DNA of 64,000 nucleotides from a virus (taxonomy: Duplodnaviria; Caudoviricetes): positions 13,760 through 77,759 of the IMG/VR virus record IMGVR_UViG_3300032320_000838; one strand, written 5' to 3'. Position numbers and translations under genes: made by a program. The notes beneath the pieces are model-generated. The model made no database searches. It was given only the letters and a program-made list of their open reading frames with translations, and was not told where the DNA came from. This document shows positions 52,501 through 61,392 of the stretch, one piece after another. The first letter of the stretch is position 1. Every line of letters starts with the position of its first letter.

Positions 52501-55415
52501 CTGTAATAGAAAGGAATGTCAGAGTTGGATACAAGTTCATTCGATGCATCAACGAACGATTCTCTTACAGAAATATTAGACGAGAAATCATCAAACTCAT
52601 AATATTCATAAGTTATTTTAAGAGATATTGTGAGTGGATCAGTGTTGTTTCCGAACAAACTACCTTCCACTTCAGTTCCATTTGGTTTGACATAAGCAGA
52701 ACCGAGTACTAGTTTTGGTTTTGAGATTTTCTGATCAGTAGATCCACTGTCCAAAACAAACGCATATGTTATATTTTCTCCACCCTTGACTATGTTTCCA
52801 GCAGTATCAACAGCATAAACGGTAATCACCGAGTTAATGGATCCAGGCTTATAACCAGAGGGCATAGTAGCACCCATAAGTTCCATATAATACTGCTTTT
52901 TGGTGCTGTCGGTTGTTCCTAGTACAAAACCAGTTATTGTTTCTGTTACTGTCTTTAGAACTTTCTTTCTGATGTTTGTAGTGTTGAATGTTCTTGCTGT
53001 CTTTGCAAAAAGAATAATATTCGCACCTTCAGTGGCAAGGGCAACGGGTGAGTGGATTATCAAAGAACCACTTTCTTCGTTGTGAGTAAATCCTAGTTGA
53101 TTTAATGCGTAATCGGGTGTCGCTGTTTCTATAAGATTGTATGTAAGACCACTATCAGCATTAACAGCAAACCAGTTGATATTTGGATCTGATGCCAAGA
53201 ACTTATCGTTTGTTCCTGCTTCCTCACCGACATTCCACGATAGTGCTGGTGTAGAAGGATTGTCGAAGGTGTGGGTGAAGATCTTCTGCAACTCTACAGT
53301 TACTGGTTGCATCAGTACATTCTCAAAAACTTTTCCTGTAGGAATCTTAAAATATAACTTATCTTTAGATGGTTCGAATATTATTGTTTTCTTGGTGGAT
53401 ATAGTTTGGGAAGCACCAGAGAAAGATTGTTCTACTGTTCTTCTGCCAGTATTAGTTGCGATATTCACTATTGTTTTTGCTGCATCATTTTCTGTCTGAT
53501 AAACTATATTTGTTATATCACCAAATGTCGAGTCTGCATCTGTCAACTGTGTATCAAAAAGATAATATTTGTATAGAACAGATGCTTCTGAGTTTATTGG
53601 TGATGGACCCAAACTGACTCCTCTTATTCTAGTTGTGCCTACAGTAATAGAGAGAGGACTTTCATCTTGTTTGATAAAAACATCTTTATTATCACTGAAG
53701 AACACATTTGCTCCAGTTACATCATAAGGCCAGGCTTCTGCCTGTCCACCAGTAAAGGACAACAGTTCCTCTGGTATAATCTTTCCGTTGTAAAGGAAGT
53801 CACCAACTGGAATGTCTGGTAGACCACCTACTCGGAAATCTTGCAGAGCCTGGAACTCGTTGGTGTCTAGATAATCGCCTGGTTGTCCAGGTCCGACTCG
53901 ATCTATTCTAGCAACAAGAATCATAGGTCCTGCTGGTGTTTTTGTCAAATCTGGATATTCCCAAGAAACCACTGTCGCTGAAGCATAATCATAATCAGCA
54001 CTGGATCTTATCTGGTATATCTTGGAGTTGGGGGTGTAGTTGCTGGCAACATCATAAGGTATGCTTCTTGACAGAGTTTGTGCAAGAGTTTCACCACCAG
54101 TTTCCCAGTTTGCATTATAGTCTTTATTGTCGTATAGATTGTCTACATCATGTGATATGTTGATCAATCTGCCTCTTTTTACTTCAGCAAATTTAGTATC
54201 TGATGTAAAGGATCTATTACCCCAAGCAATATAGGTGGAACCTTGTAGTTGGTATATGGGTCCAAATCGCATCTCGAATGGTACATTTACATCGCATTCA
54301 TCAATATAAAGAGCACTCTCGTCCGCAACGAAAGCGTATGGAATTGCTTCTATTTGTCTGGCTTTACCTGTAAGAGCATCGAAATTGTCCCAAGAATATT
54401 GAAATACCGTATTTGGAGTCAAAGTGACATCTATCTGAGTGAAAGCATTTCCGTTCTCGGAAAACTCCACTCTTTTGAAGGTATTTGCAAAAGAACCGAC
54501 ATCAAATCTAAAACTAGAACCTATTCTGTATCTGAAGCAAGGATTTCCATTTGCTGCCTCAAGAGCAACCGATTCGATGTAATATGAAGTAGTGGTGCTT
54601 TCGTAAGCGGCGACTTCAGTGGCTCTGCTTCCATCTCCAGCAGTTGTATATGGTACAGAACCAGTTTGTAGGTGAACATGAGGGAAAGAAGCGGGATCGC
54701 CTGTTCCTTGAGTTGTCAGTGCAAACATATAACCAGTTGCGACCACTACACCAGAATTAGGACCACCGTCTGTGTATCTTCTGATTTGTACTGGGGTGGT
54801 TACTCCTGTGCCTGGAATATCTCCATAACCATATGGAAACGGAATAATAGTTGTTGCTTGATCGGATGTAAGTTGATTTTCCAGTATTGTCTGGAAACGA
54901 TAAACACCTTCCAGAGAATATATTTGCTTTATGCTGCTTCCCCAAGAAGTAGATGTTCCACCAGCAGTATCTTCTTGATAAAGAACACCGGCATCAGAAC
55001 CCGAAGAAACAAAAGTTCCAGTAGATACTTTGATATATCCTTCAGATTTATTTGTACTATCACCAGCAACCCATCGCAAACAGTGACCCTGAGCAGTGAT
55101 TTCCCCCAAACTATTCAGTTGTTTTATCAGATATTTCGACTGAGAGGAATAACCATCAACAAATCCAATACTTGAGGATTTATTTGCGTTTGGATCGTAT
55201 GCTTGCAGAAAATCAGTATGATCTGTTCCCTCGACACCCGCTTGCTCCAAAAATGATGCCTTCACTACATTATCGACAATATCGGAAACGATATGCATTC
55301 TGTGTGTAGTGCTGCTCGATAGACCAGTAACATAGTTGTACGGAGCAGTTCTACCGTTGCAAGCAGTAATTAGTGGTGGTTCTGTTGAAGCGTAGTAGTC
55401 GGAATTAAAGGCCAT
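49542..55415 (-). CDS. Large virion structural protein, DUF4815/VrlC-like C-terminal part, 1957 aa
   Basis: YYLPRRDKL, RRYTMRDIGKIEKRV.KLEYYT.LS.LE, RFKNGILVD.F.GH, DPLAQTFFV, VDLYFA.KP, FTSANASTWSA.Q..D, KIRDLRAIAV end. Confidence 0.85.
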   Translation of the reverse strand: MAFNSDYYASTEPPLITACNGRTAPYNYVTGLSSSTTHRMHIVSDIVDNVVKASFLEQAGVEGTDHTDFLQAYDPNANKSSSIGFVDGYSSQSKYLIKQLNSLGEITAQGHCLRWVAGDSTNKSEGYIKVSTGTFVSSGSDAGVLYQEDTAGGTSTSWGSSIKQIYSLEGVYRFQTILENQLTSDQATTIIPFPYGYGDIPGTGVTTPVQIRRYTDGGPNSGVVVATGYMFALTTQGTGDPASFPHVHLQTGSVPYTTAGDGSRATEVAAYESTTTSYYIESVALEAANGNPCFRYRIGSSFRFDVGSFANTFKRVEFSENGNAFTQIDVTLTPNTVFQYSWDNFDALTGKARQIEAIPYAFVADESALYIDECDVNVPFEMRFGPIYQLQGSTYIAWGNRSFTSDTKFAEVKRGRLINISHDVDNLYDNKDYNANWETGGETLAQTLSRSIPYDVASNYTPNSKIYQIRSSADYDYASATVVSWEYPDLTKTPAGPMILVARIDRVGPGQPGDYLDTNEFQALQDFRVGGLPDIPVGDFLYNGKIIPEELLSFTGGQAEAWPYDVTGANVFFSDNKDVFIKQDESPLSITVGTTRIRGVSLGPSPINSEASVLYKYYLFDTQLTDADSTFGDITNIVYQTENDAAKTIVNIATNTGRRTVEQSFSGASQTISTKKTIIFEPSKDKLYFKIPTGKVFENVLMQPVTVELQKIFTHTFDNPSTPALSWNVGEEAGTNDKFLASDPNINWFAVNADSGLTYNLIETATPDYALNQLGFTHNEESGSLIIHSPVALATEGANIILFAKTARTFNTTNIRKKVLKTVTETITGFVLGTTDSTKKQYYMELMGATMPSGYKPGSINSVITVYAVDTAGNIVKGGENITYAFVLDSGSTDQKISKPKLVLGSAYVKPNGTEVEGSLFGNNTDPLTISLKITYEYYEFDDFSSNISVRESFVDASNELVSNSDIPFYYSKNTGDLVHESAFIDFRPNNLQSTDDFYLEGKITPHIDWADEIQTSYYLPRRDKLILTRDGKFEVLYGKPSLSPKYPSDIPNSMSLYLLEKDPFVFGPSSIKTKMIDNRRYTMRDIGKIEKRVQKLEYYTTLSILEKKAEDMLVLDANGNDRFKNGILVDTFEGHRIGDVTNRDYNISVDFTNRYARPPFRTYSNNFIKNPSGSTTFEGYSSQRSGTFADVFMFPYDEVIFVAQPLATRAITVQPHDTIQYEGVVEMTPSIDNWVSTTKRPDVNVNLAGENDAWNLMVSAFNNNNLAPFGTQWGEWETLSRTGTKTFVDSETVTNVLEDWHLVRPGHAHGGSGAGQDQRTLENITINTFLVDEQLEQIRNGINRTLSTSTTDISLGDRVVDVRLIPYMRGNNIKIMAKGMKPSTRVYVFFDGVNVEEYCYRYTSVPNLFAISAGQQLIDYPGSELAQGTSGVHFATAAPENLKTDINGNIFIEFRMPDGMFRVGDRKFEITSDPRNNKERASTYAFGVYSASGLRTEMEETIATTRNFQISDPIQSSETRNINNTGIFTESSSTIVVQTRQNDPLAQTFFVDSAEHPEGIFLSSVDLYFARKPEDTTKIPVQIQIRPVVNGYPDSTRIYPGGKVIKLPGEIQVSEDASVKTTFAFNMPVHLPPGEHALVVKGDTSEYEIFVATLGDFILDSDTKVTNQPYVGVFFTSANASTWSADQNTDMMMVLNKCEFATNTSYQMVLVNESIETDNQFELFNINSKYVDFNSCRASWNVNITPLVGGVSPNIVVEPNTNVELGSTYSYGTRTGSPSTVVPFNLTINARTTNKDVSPIIDLQSLSLFAVKNLVEGNDASSNGELDPFVPISTGIARARYISRVVTLEDGFDSSNMKVALSINKPIGTNIQVFAKVQDSENTDDFHSNSYIALTPNVTNFDTYYTDNPNDFREVEFSMLNDTETPFNRFCIKVCLYSDQPWNVPKIRDLRAIAVL

Positions 55416-55434
55416 GTTGATCCCTGTTTATTTG

Positions 55435-55441
55435 TATTTAG
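55435..55441 (-). promoter_or_regulatory. Putative late promoter CTAAATA
   Basis: In the 32-nt gap between the two VrlC-like halves, upstream of AGGGA. Confidence 0.6.
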
Positions 55442-55447
55442 TGCTTA

Positions 55448-57415
55448 TTAGATGTCTTCTACAAAAATGACACTTTCGTATTTTCTGTCAGTCTCAGTTA
55501 TTCCTTTTATATATTTGGAAGCACCAGACGACCAAAGTTTATAAGGACTCCAAGAGTATATTGGCGCTTCTGCTGTTATATTATCACCTTCTTGTATCAC
55601 CAATATGAACAGATCATCACTATTGAGTTTAAACTTTGGCAATCTTTCCCAATCTATGACTGCTTGCACTGTATCTTCGGCAAAAGAACCAACAACATAG
55701 TTTCCTAGAAGATTGTAAGAATCTAGAAGTATGTCCTGCTGTGCTTTAGAGTCATTATCTCTTTTTTCATATTCTGCATTTGTTGGATAGTAGTTTTCGT
55801 ACTCGTATCCATACACATATGCTTTTCCTGGCTGAACGGAGAGAACCATTTTAGATGTATCTCCCGCTGGCAAATCCTGTGGAGAATATGTTCCCGAAGG
55901 ATCAATATTATAAGAACGCAGTTTTACTCTTAGATTTTTTGCTGTAGTGGTTCCTGGCTTCATATACAAAAGCAAACCATAGCCAAAAGTATCTGCTTCC
56001 GAATTAAAAGATATTCTTTTTGGACTCTTAGATTTCATGCGTACCAACAGACTGTTGGTGTTTATTTCCGATTTAGTTTCCTCGTATGGAACTATAGACA
56101 ACACTTCCAGAACAGCATATTCATTAAAATCGAAACCTGTTTCAAAAGGATTGATGCCTGGTTGACTATAAACATAAGAACCTACAACAAAATCTACATC
56201 TTGCTGATCTAAAACCAAAACTTCGTAATAGTCATTTCTGTAGTGATTCTTGACTTCCACTTGGAAAGGACGAACAGTATACGATCCAGATTCGTCATAT
56301 GTTCTTCTTGCAAACAGTTCCATTATTTCGGAATAGTTTGTCAGTCGTCTTATCCAGTCTGTTTTTCCATTTACCATTCTTGCCAGTTGGATAAAATCAG
56401 AGTTGGAATAGTTTTCTACATCCAAGGATTGTTTGTCAAAAGTAAGTTGACTGAGAACCAAATCCACGGTATATCTGTCTGCGCCTGGTGCATTTGCGTT
56501 GTAGAACCCACTGGCAGGATCTCTCAAAGTAGTATCGTCGTTTGCAGTAACAACACTTTTATTTGCAGTAAATCCTATTCTTACAGTGGGATATGTGAAT
56601 AGACGAACATTTGCTTCAGATACATCATACAACTGACCATCTTCCGAGAAAGCGGTATTGGCATCATCTGGATTGGTGGAATCGTAATATGGTGCTAATA
56701 TCTGATTGTAGTTTTTGACAAAAAGACCATCTAGGTAAAAAATACCATCATCTACCGATACTAGATTTGCTGTACCGAAAGGAGAAACGGCATATACTCC
56801 AGATAGTTCGTCTTTTGTTGGATTTATGACTCTGAAATAAATCTCTTCGTTCTTTACTTTGAGAATATCTCTTACACCAATACCATCATCGGAGCCAGTT
56901 AATGGCATGAAAAACAATACATTATAGTTGTCGGTAGAACTGTAACCAGATGGAGCATAATGTAGCATCAAAACAGTGGCACTGGGATCTTCCTCGTATT
57001 GGGAAGTATTACTGTCATATTTGTAAACTTCCAGTTGTTTCTTTTCCACTACTCCCAATATCTGATTGGTTTGTATTTCTCCATCATATGATATTTGAGT
57101 TCTGACTATTCCTTGTAGATAAGAGTTGGTGGTTGTAGTGGAAAGAACACCAGCAGAGGAAGAAAGGAATCTCTCCACACGAATGTAATTTACTGGTGAT
57201 ATATTTACCTTACCGCCTAATATCTGCGAACCATCTACGAAGATATGATCAGCAAACTTGGCAACCTGTGATTGTAGAATACTCTGTAGTTGTGTCAGTT
57301 CTCTTGCTTGGACGGCATAACCAGGCTTAAACAATACCTTGAGAAAGTTTTTTGTATCCTCAAAATCATCATAGTATGGTGTATTTGACTGTATCTCTGG
57401 GTGCTTATAAGGCAT
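55448..57415 (-). CDS. VrlC-like N-terminal structural protein, 655 aa
   Basis: PYYDDF...KNFLKVLFKPGYAVQARELTQLQSILQ.Q, N.NAPGADRY, LFARRTYDESGSY.V.PF, QPGKAYVYGYE. Confidence 0.85.
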   Translation of the reverse strand: MPYKHPEIQSNTPYYDDFEDTKNFLKVLFKPGYAVQARELTQLQSILQSQVAKFADHIFVDGSQILGGKVNISPVNYIRVERFLSSSAGVLSTTTTNSYLQGIVRTQISYDGEIQTNQILGVVEKKQLEVYKYDSNTSQYEEDPSATVLMLHYAPSGYSSTDNYNVLFFMPLTGSDDGIGVRDILKVKNEEIYFRVINPTKDELSGVYAVSPFGTANLVSVDDGIFYLDGLFVKNYNQILAPYYDSTNPDDANTAFSEDGQLYDVSEANVRLFTYPTVRIGFTANKSVVTANDDTTLRDPASGFYNANAPGADRYTVDLVLSQLTFDKQSLDVENYSNSDFIQLARMVNGKTDWIRRLTNYSEIMELFARRTYDESGSYTVRPFQVEVKNHYRNDYYEVLVLDQQDVDFVVGSYVYSQPGINPFETGFDFNEYAVLEVLSIVPYEETKSEINTNSLLVRMKSKSPKRISFNSEADTFGYGLLLYMKPGTTTAKNLRVKLRSYNIDPSGTYSPQDLPAGDTSKMVLSVQPGKAYVYGYEYENYYPTNAEYEKRDNDSKAQQDILLDSYNLLGNYVVGSFAEDTVQAVIDWERLPKFKLNSDDLFILVIQEGDNITAEAPIYSWSPYKLWSSGASKYIKGITETDRKYESVIFVEDI

Positions 57416-57427
57416 ATTTGACTCCGA

Positions 57428-59524
57428 TTAGAACCCCAACAGAGTTCTTGTTGTAAATATTGTATTACTGGCTAATGCCAATTCCTCTATGTTCTGTATG
57501 TATAGGACACTTCCACTGTATTTATTTACTATTATATCATCGTATGTGGTCGCCGTTTGTTCGACAGATACGGATACACCCGTATTACCAGCACACAAAT
57601 TGTCGTACAATTCTATGTCTTTAACAAATGGATCAATAACACACATCAGATCATCACCGACATCAAAAGATCCCTTTTCGGAAATGATGTAGAGATAAGC
57701 AGTAATATCCGAACCAACTACTTCTCTTTGTCCCACAGATACGATATATGCAGAAGCAGCGTCAACTGTGGTGTTGTCGGTTATTGTTCTTGGTTCCCTG
57801 TACAGATAAGATCCAACTGGAACTATGGAGTTGTCAAAAGTGCTACTGTTTGTTTTGATCAGTTTTATTTTTTGTATTACGGATGTTCGTATATTTGCTG
57901 GTGTATTTGTGGGTATTATGGATTGTGTAAGTCCATAAACGCTACGAGGAGCATATACAACAGAAAAATCATTACTTATACCCTGTTCGGTTTTATTTAC
58001 AAAAACTATTCTTTCACCGAGCGCAACGGATCCATCAATATTCAGTTTTGCTTTTTCGAAGTCACCTTTAACATCACTTATTTTAAGATTGAACAATCTA
58101 GGATTTGTTGGATTTATAGTCAACTGATCTACTTTGGCACTGGAAAAAGTGTCAGCACCTATTATGTGTGTGGTTTGTGAATTCAGTGTGGTTGAGTTAA
58201 AATCCAAAACGGAATTGTAATAATAATTGTCACCCACTATGGTGGTGCTGGGTTCTACCAACATCGTCATATCGTATTGCTGATAGTTTGCAGGAACCAC
58301 ATAATCCTCGTTTGTCATTATATTTTTAATAATACCATACTGTCTTATGCTTCCACCAACACCAAAATATCTTTCGCCGCCCTGTGCAACATCTGAGTAT
58401 TTAAACTCTTTTCTTATCAAGAGGTGTCTGGGTCTGAGTTCAGATATGATATCGAATCCATATCCCCCAGATGGAGGAATAACAACAGAAATCTGCACAT
58501 TTGGACCTGCCATGAAATAAGCATTCGCAAAATTGTAATCAGTACCACCGTTGATTATGTCTATGGAACTAAGAACATTACCAGAAAATACTGGTATTGC
58601 TACTGCCCCGTAACCATTACCTACTATATTGATTTTTGGAAGTATAGAATATCTGTCTCCAGTTTCTATATTATCGTTGGTTCCGTTGTCTGGGTATATC
58701 TCACAGAGTTCTATTGTTGCTGTGTTTCCTGAAACGGTGTATGTTTTTATTGTTCCTACTCGTCCACTATCAAAATAAACAACATAATTGTTATTGTAGT
58801 AATTGGAGGATGTTGCCAAATCGGACAACAAGTTCACCGTAAAAGTCAACTGAGATACGGTGCTTACTGTGTGTGTGGAATTTAAACTAGGATTGACTAA
58901 ATCCGTATACTGGGGGGAAGAACCATCTATGGTTATTTTTTCAATAAATCCATTAGCAGCATCTAACTTTACATCGAGAGCAAGTGCTCTTTCATCTGTA
59001 TAAGACACGCTTCCTATTTCTACTATGGGCATGAAACTCTCAGTTATGAACTTTTCCATTTGTTCATTAAATGCGTACATAAACTTCCAGACATAACCAT
59101 CGGAAGTTCTGATTTCTTGTGTACTTGTTCCCTCTGGTTTACTGGTAGAAGCAGCACCATTATTATTAGACAAACACATATAAACTCTGTATTCGTTGTC
59201 TTCTATAGTCAAGACATAATATTGTTTGTCAGAAAGATCAATATCATCTTCGTATTGATCATAGATCACTCCAGATGTCCAATTATATCTTTCCACCACC
59301 AGGCATACATCAGAAGGTAGTATGTGACTATAAAACAAAGAGTTTCTCTTTGCTTGGTTTTCTTCTTTAGCAGAATCTACTATTTCAGGAACAATACTTT
59401 CGTCTTCTCTCGACTTAACACCACCATAAAAGATATAATACTTATCCACAGATCTTGGATCTGTTAAACTTTTAAAGAATTCCTTTACAAAAGAAGATTT
59501 GATTGCGTTTGTAAGTAATGCCAT
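57428..59524 (-). CDS. gp8: Baseplate wedge subunit
   Basis: RYNWTSG..YDQY, YYVL....RVY.CL.NN.GA.ST..P, TSDGYVWK.MY. Follows gp6/gp7. Confidence 0.88.
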   Translation of the reverse strand: MALLTNAIKSSFVKEFFKSLTDPRSVDKYYIFYGGVKSREDESIVPEIVDSAKEENQAKRNSLFYSHILPSDVCLVVERYNWTSGVIYDQYEDDIDLSDKQYYVLTIEDNEYRVYMCLSNNNGAASTSKPEGTSTQEIRTSDGYVWKFMYAFNEQMEKFITESFMPIVEIGSVSYTDERALALDVKLDAANGFIEKITIDGSSPQYTDLVNPSLNSTHTVSTVSQLTFTVNLLSDLATSSNYYNNNYVVYFDSGRVGTIKTYTVSGNTATIELCEIYPDNGTNDNIETGDRYSILPKINIVGNGYGAVAIPVFSGNVLSSIDIINGGTDYNFANAYFMAGPNVQISVVIPPSGGYGFDIISELRPRHLLIRKEFKYSDVAQGGERYFGVGGSIRQYGIIKNIMTNEDYVVPANYQQYDMTMLVEPSTTIVGDNYYYNSVLDFNSTTLNSQTTHIIGADTFSSAKVDQLTINPTNPRLFNLKISDVKGDFEKAKLNIDGSVALGERIVFVNKTEQGISNDFSVVYAPRSVYGLTQSIIPTNTPANIRTSVIQKIKLIKTNSSTFDNSIVPVGSYLYREPRTITDNTTVDAASAYIVSVGQREVVGSDITAYLYIISEKGSFDVGDDLMCVIDPFVKDIELYDNLCAGNTGVSVSVEQTATTYDDIIVNKYSGSVLYIQNIEELALASNTIFTTRTLLGF

Positions 59525-59550
59525 TATTCTTCGTTCCTTATATTTGCATC

Positions 59551-61392
59551 TCAGTCAGCGACGGCAAGATCTTGTATCTGAAGATCAAAAAACTGTTCAA
59601 TAGATCCATTTGTATTATTTATGAGAACACTTGGATGAGGGAACACTACCCAATACAAGTATCTTTGATCCCAATCTGGAATAAGAGCAGAAACATTTGC
59701 GTAGTTTTCGAAATACGCACCACCTATATCTGTAGTTTCTGGAGCACTTCTGGAATCGTGTATAAAATATCCATCACTGTCTGGTGGAATGTCCCGACTC
59801 ATATTCACACCAGTAGGAAACAAATCTATATCCGTGTTTCCATCCAAAACAGTATCACGAAGATTGACATCTCCATTTATTCTGTATGCAATATAGTTTC
59901 CAATATAGTACGAAACGGATGCAAGTATATCTGTCTGGTAGTCCTCCACCGTAGGAGCAAGTGTCATTCTTTCGGTGATTATCTGAGATCCGAACAACTT
60001 ATATCCAGCAGGATGCACTGTTCTTTTTATGACATCCTGATATGCAGTTAAAGGTAGAGTAGAAACTATCTCATACGAATGTGTTTGGTAGTAATCATTA
60101 TCCTGAATGAAACTTCTATCACACAGAATACCATTATTGCTAGTATAATAACCTTCATAACTGAAGAAAATGTCAGATGTAGCAACTCCACTAAATCCAG
60201 TTCCGTTATCAGTTCTCACCTGTATTTCGTATCTTCCAGACAAAGATTGTTCATAGTTTGCTCCAAAATTCACTATGATAATTTTTGTAATCTGTCCTAA
60301 AGGACCTGGTTTATCGACCTTACCTATAAATCCAACACCTTCTGCAATCTGACCTTCTATTGGTACTAATCTTACTCTATCTCCTTCGGCATAGTTAAAT
60401 CCGCCATTTGTTATGTCTACGGAGATTATACCCAGTGTCAGATAATATGACAATTGTTCTTCTGCATCATCTATCACAACATCACAGAGGATAGGAGAAT
60501 CTTGATCAAAATCACCTATAATCTCTGTCAACTCCAATTCAGCAATATTGTATGGAGATTGCTTATAAAGAACACACGAAATAACTCTTGCAGAAACTAT
60601 GACATTTCCTTGATCATTGACCTGATAAATGGTGTTTCCGATCATAGATCTGGGTCTGTCGTCATTCAGTGCTATTATCTTTACTGTCTTCTTTTCCTTC
60701 CAGACAGCACCAGACACAACGAACATATGTTCTCTGGGATAATAAAACTCAACATCTTGATCGAACAATATTCTGAAGATAAAGTTAAAAGAATTCTGAG
60801 TACCCTTTGATCTATAGAATTCACTTGATCTCTTTATAAGAGTTTTCAGATTAAGAGGTTTGCCTGTTTGTAGATCGTATGTAAGTTCTTTTGGGAAATC
60901 GGGAACAAATTGTCTTCTGAACCTATCAAGAAAAAATTCCTGCGTAGTGTCTACATTAGAAAATTCGTATGAGGAGAAAGGAACCAACTTAGGATCATTT
61001 GATGTTTCCAGAAACTTATAATATTCTTCTATAAATGACACAAAGACTTGGTAATCGTTTTTTATGAACTCTGGAATCTGTGAAGGTAGTATGGATGAAA
61101 GTTTATTTCTTATCTGTAAAACATCATCGTTTGTATAAAAATACAACTTTGTTTCCGAACCTACTATCTTTTTGTTGTATTTGTTGACAAGATAAGCAAC
61201 AATAGTGTGTTTACCTTCAGCCAATGAACTTACTTCAAACCTACCCTTTAATTCAGTTTTTTCATATTTGGTAGCATCGACATAAAACACTACCTTTTCG
61301 GTGAATTTGGAATTCTGAGAAACTTCATATTCCACATACACCTTATCGGAGTATAGAAGCGTATCTTTGATTGGGCTGGTTATTGTAATCAT
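59551..61392 (-). CDS. gp7: Baseplate wedge initiator (gp7-like) with N-terminal Ig-like extension
   Basis: QIPEFI..DY..FV.F...YY.FLE, LIK....FYRSKGT..SF.F.FR.LF..DVE.YYP, IQDNDYYQ.HSYEI, KR.VHPAG.KLFG. Confidence 0.75.
   Translation of the reverse strand: MITITSPIKDTLLYSDKVYVEYEVSQNSKFTEKVVFYVDATKYEKTELKGRFEVSSLAEGKHTIVAYLVNKYNKKIVGSETKLYFYTNDDVLQIRNKLSSILPSQIPEFIKNDYQVFVSFIEEYYKFLETSNDPKLVPFSSYEFSNVDTTQEFFLDRFRRQFVPDFPKELTYDLQTGKPLNLKTLIKRSSEFYRSKGTQNSFNFIFRILFDQDVEFYYPREHMFVVSGAVWKEKKTVKIIALNDDRPRSMIGNTIYQVNDQGNVIVSARVISCVLYKQSPYNIAELELTEIIGDFDQDSPILCDVVIDDAEEQLSYYLTLGIISVDITNGGFNYAEGDRVRLVPIEGQIAEGVGFIGKVDKPGPLGQITKIIIVNFGANYEQSLSGRYEIQVRTDNGTGFSGVATSDIFFSYEGYYTSNNGILCDRSFIQDNDYYQTHSYEIVSTLPLTAYQDVIKRTVHPAGYKLFGSQIITERMTLAPTVEDYQTDILASVSYYIGNYIAYRINGDVNLRDTVLDGNTDIDLFPTGVNMSRDIPPDSDGYFIHDSRSAPETTDIGGAYFENYANVSALIPDWDQRYLYWVVFPHPSVLINNTNGSIEQFFDLQIQDLAVAD

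Noticed and set aside
55416-55447. Programmed frameshift or readthrough joining the two VrlC-like ORFs
   Set aside because: Tandem TAA TAA, no slippery heptamer, and a promoter-like element plus SD in the gap favour independent genes.
15374-60810. Long plus-strand ORFs (e.g. 29367-30089 240 aa, 16582-17229 215 aa, 57557-58180 207 aa, 15374-15985 203 aa, 40306-40869, 27780-28331, 38104-38637)
   Set aside because: All lie antisense to well-recognised genes, have no recognisable motifs and are explained by codon-bias shadows.
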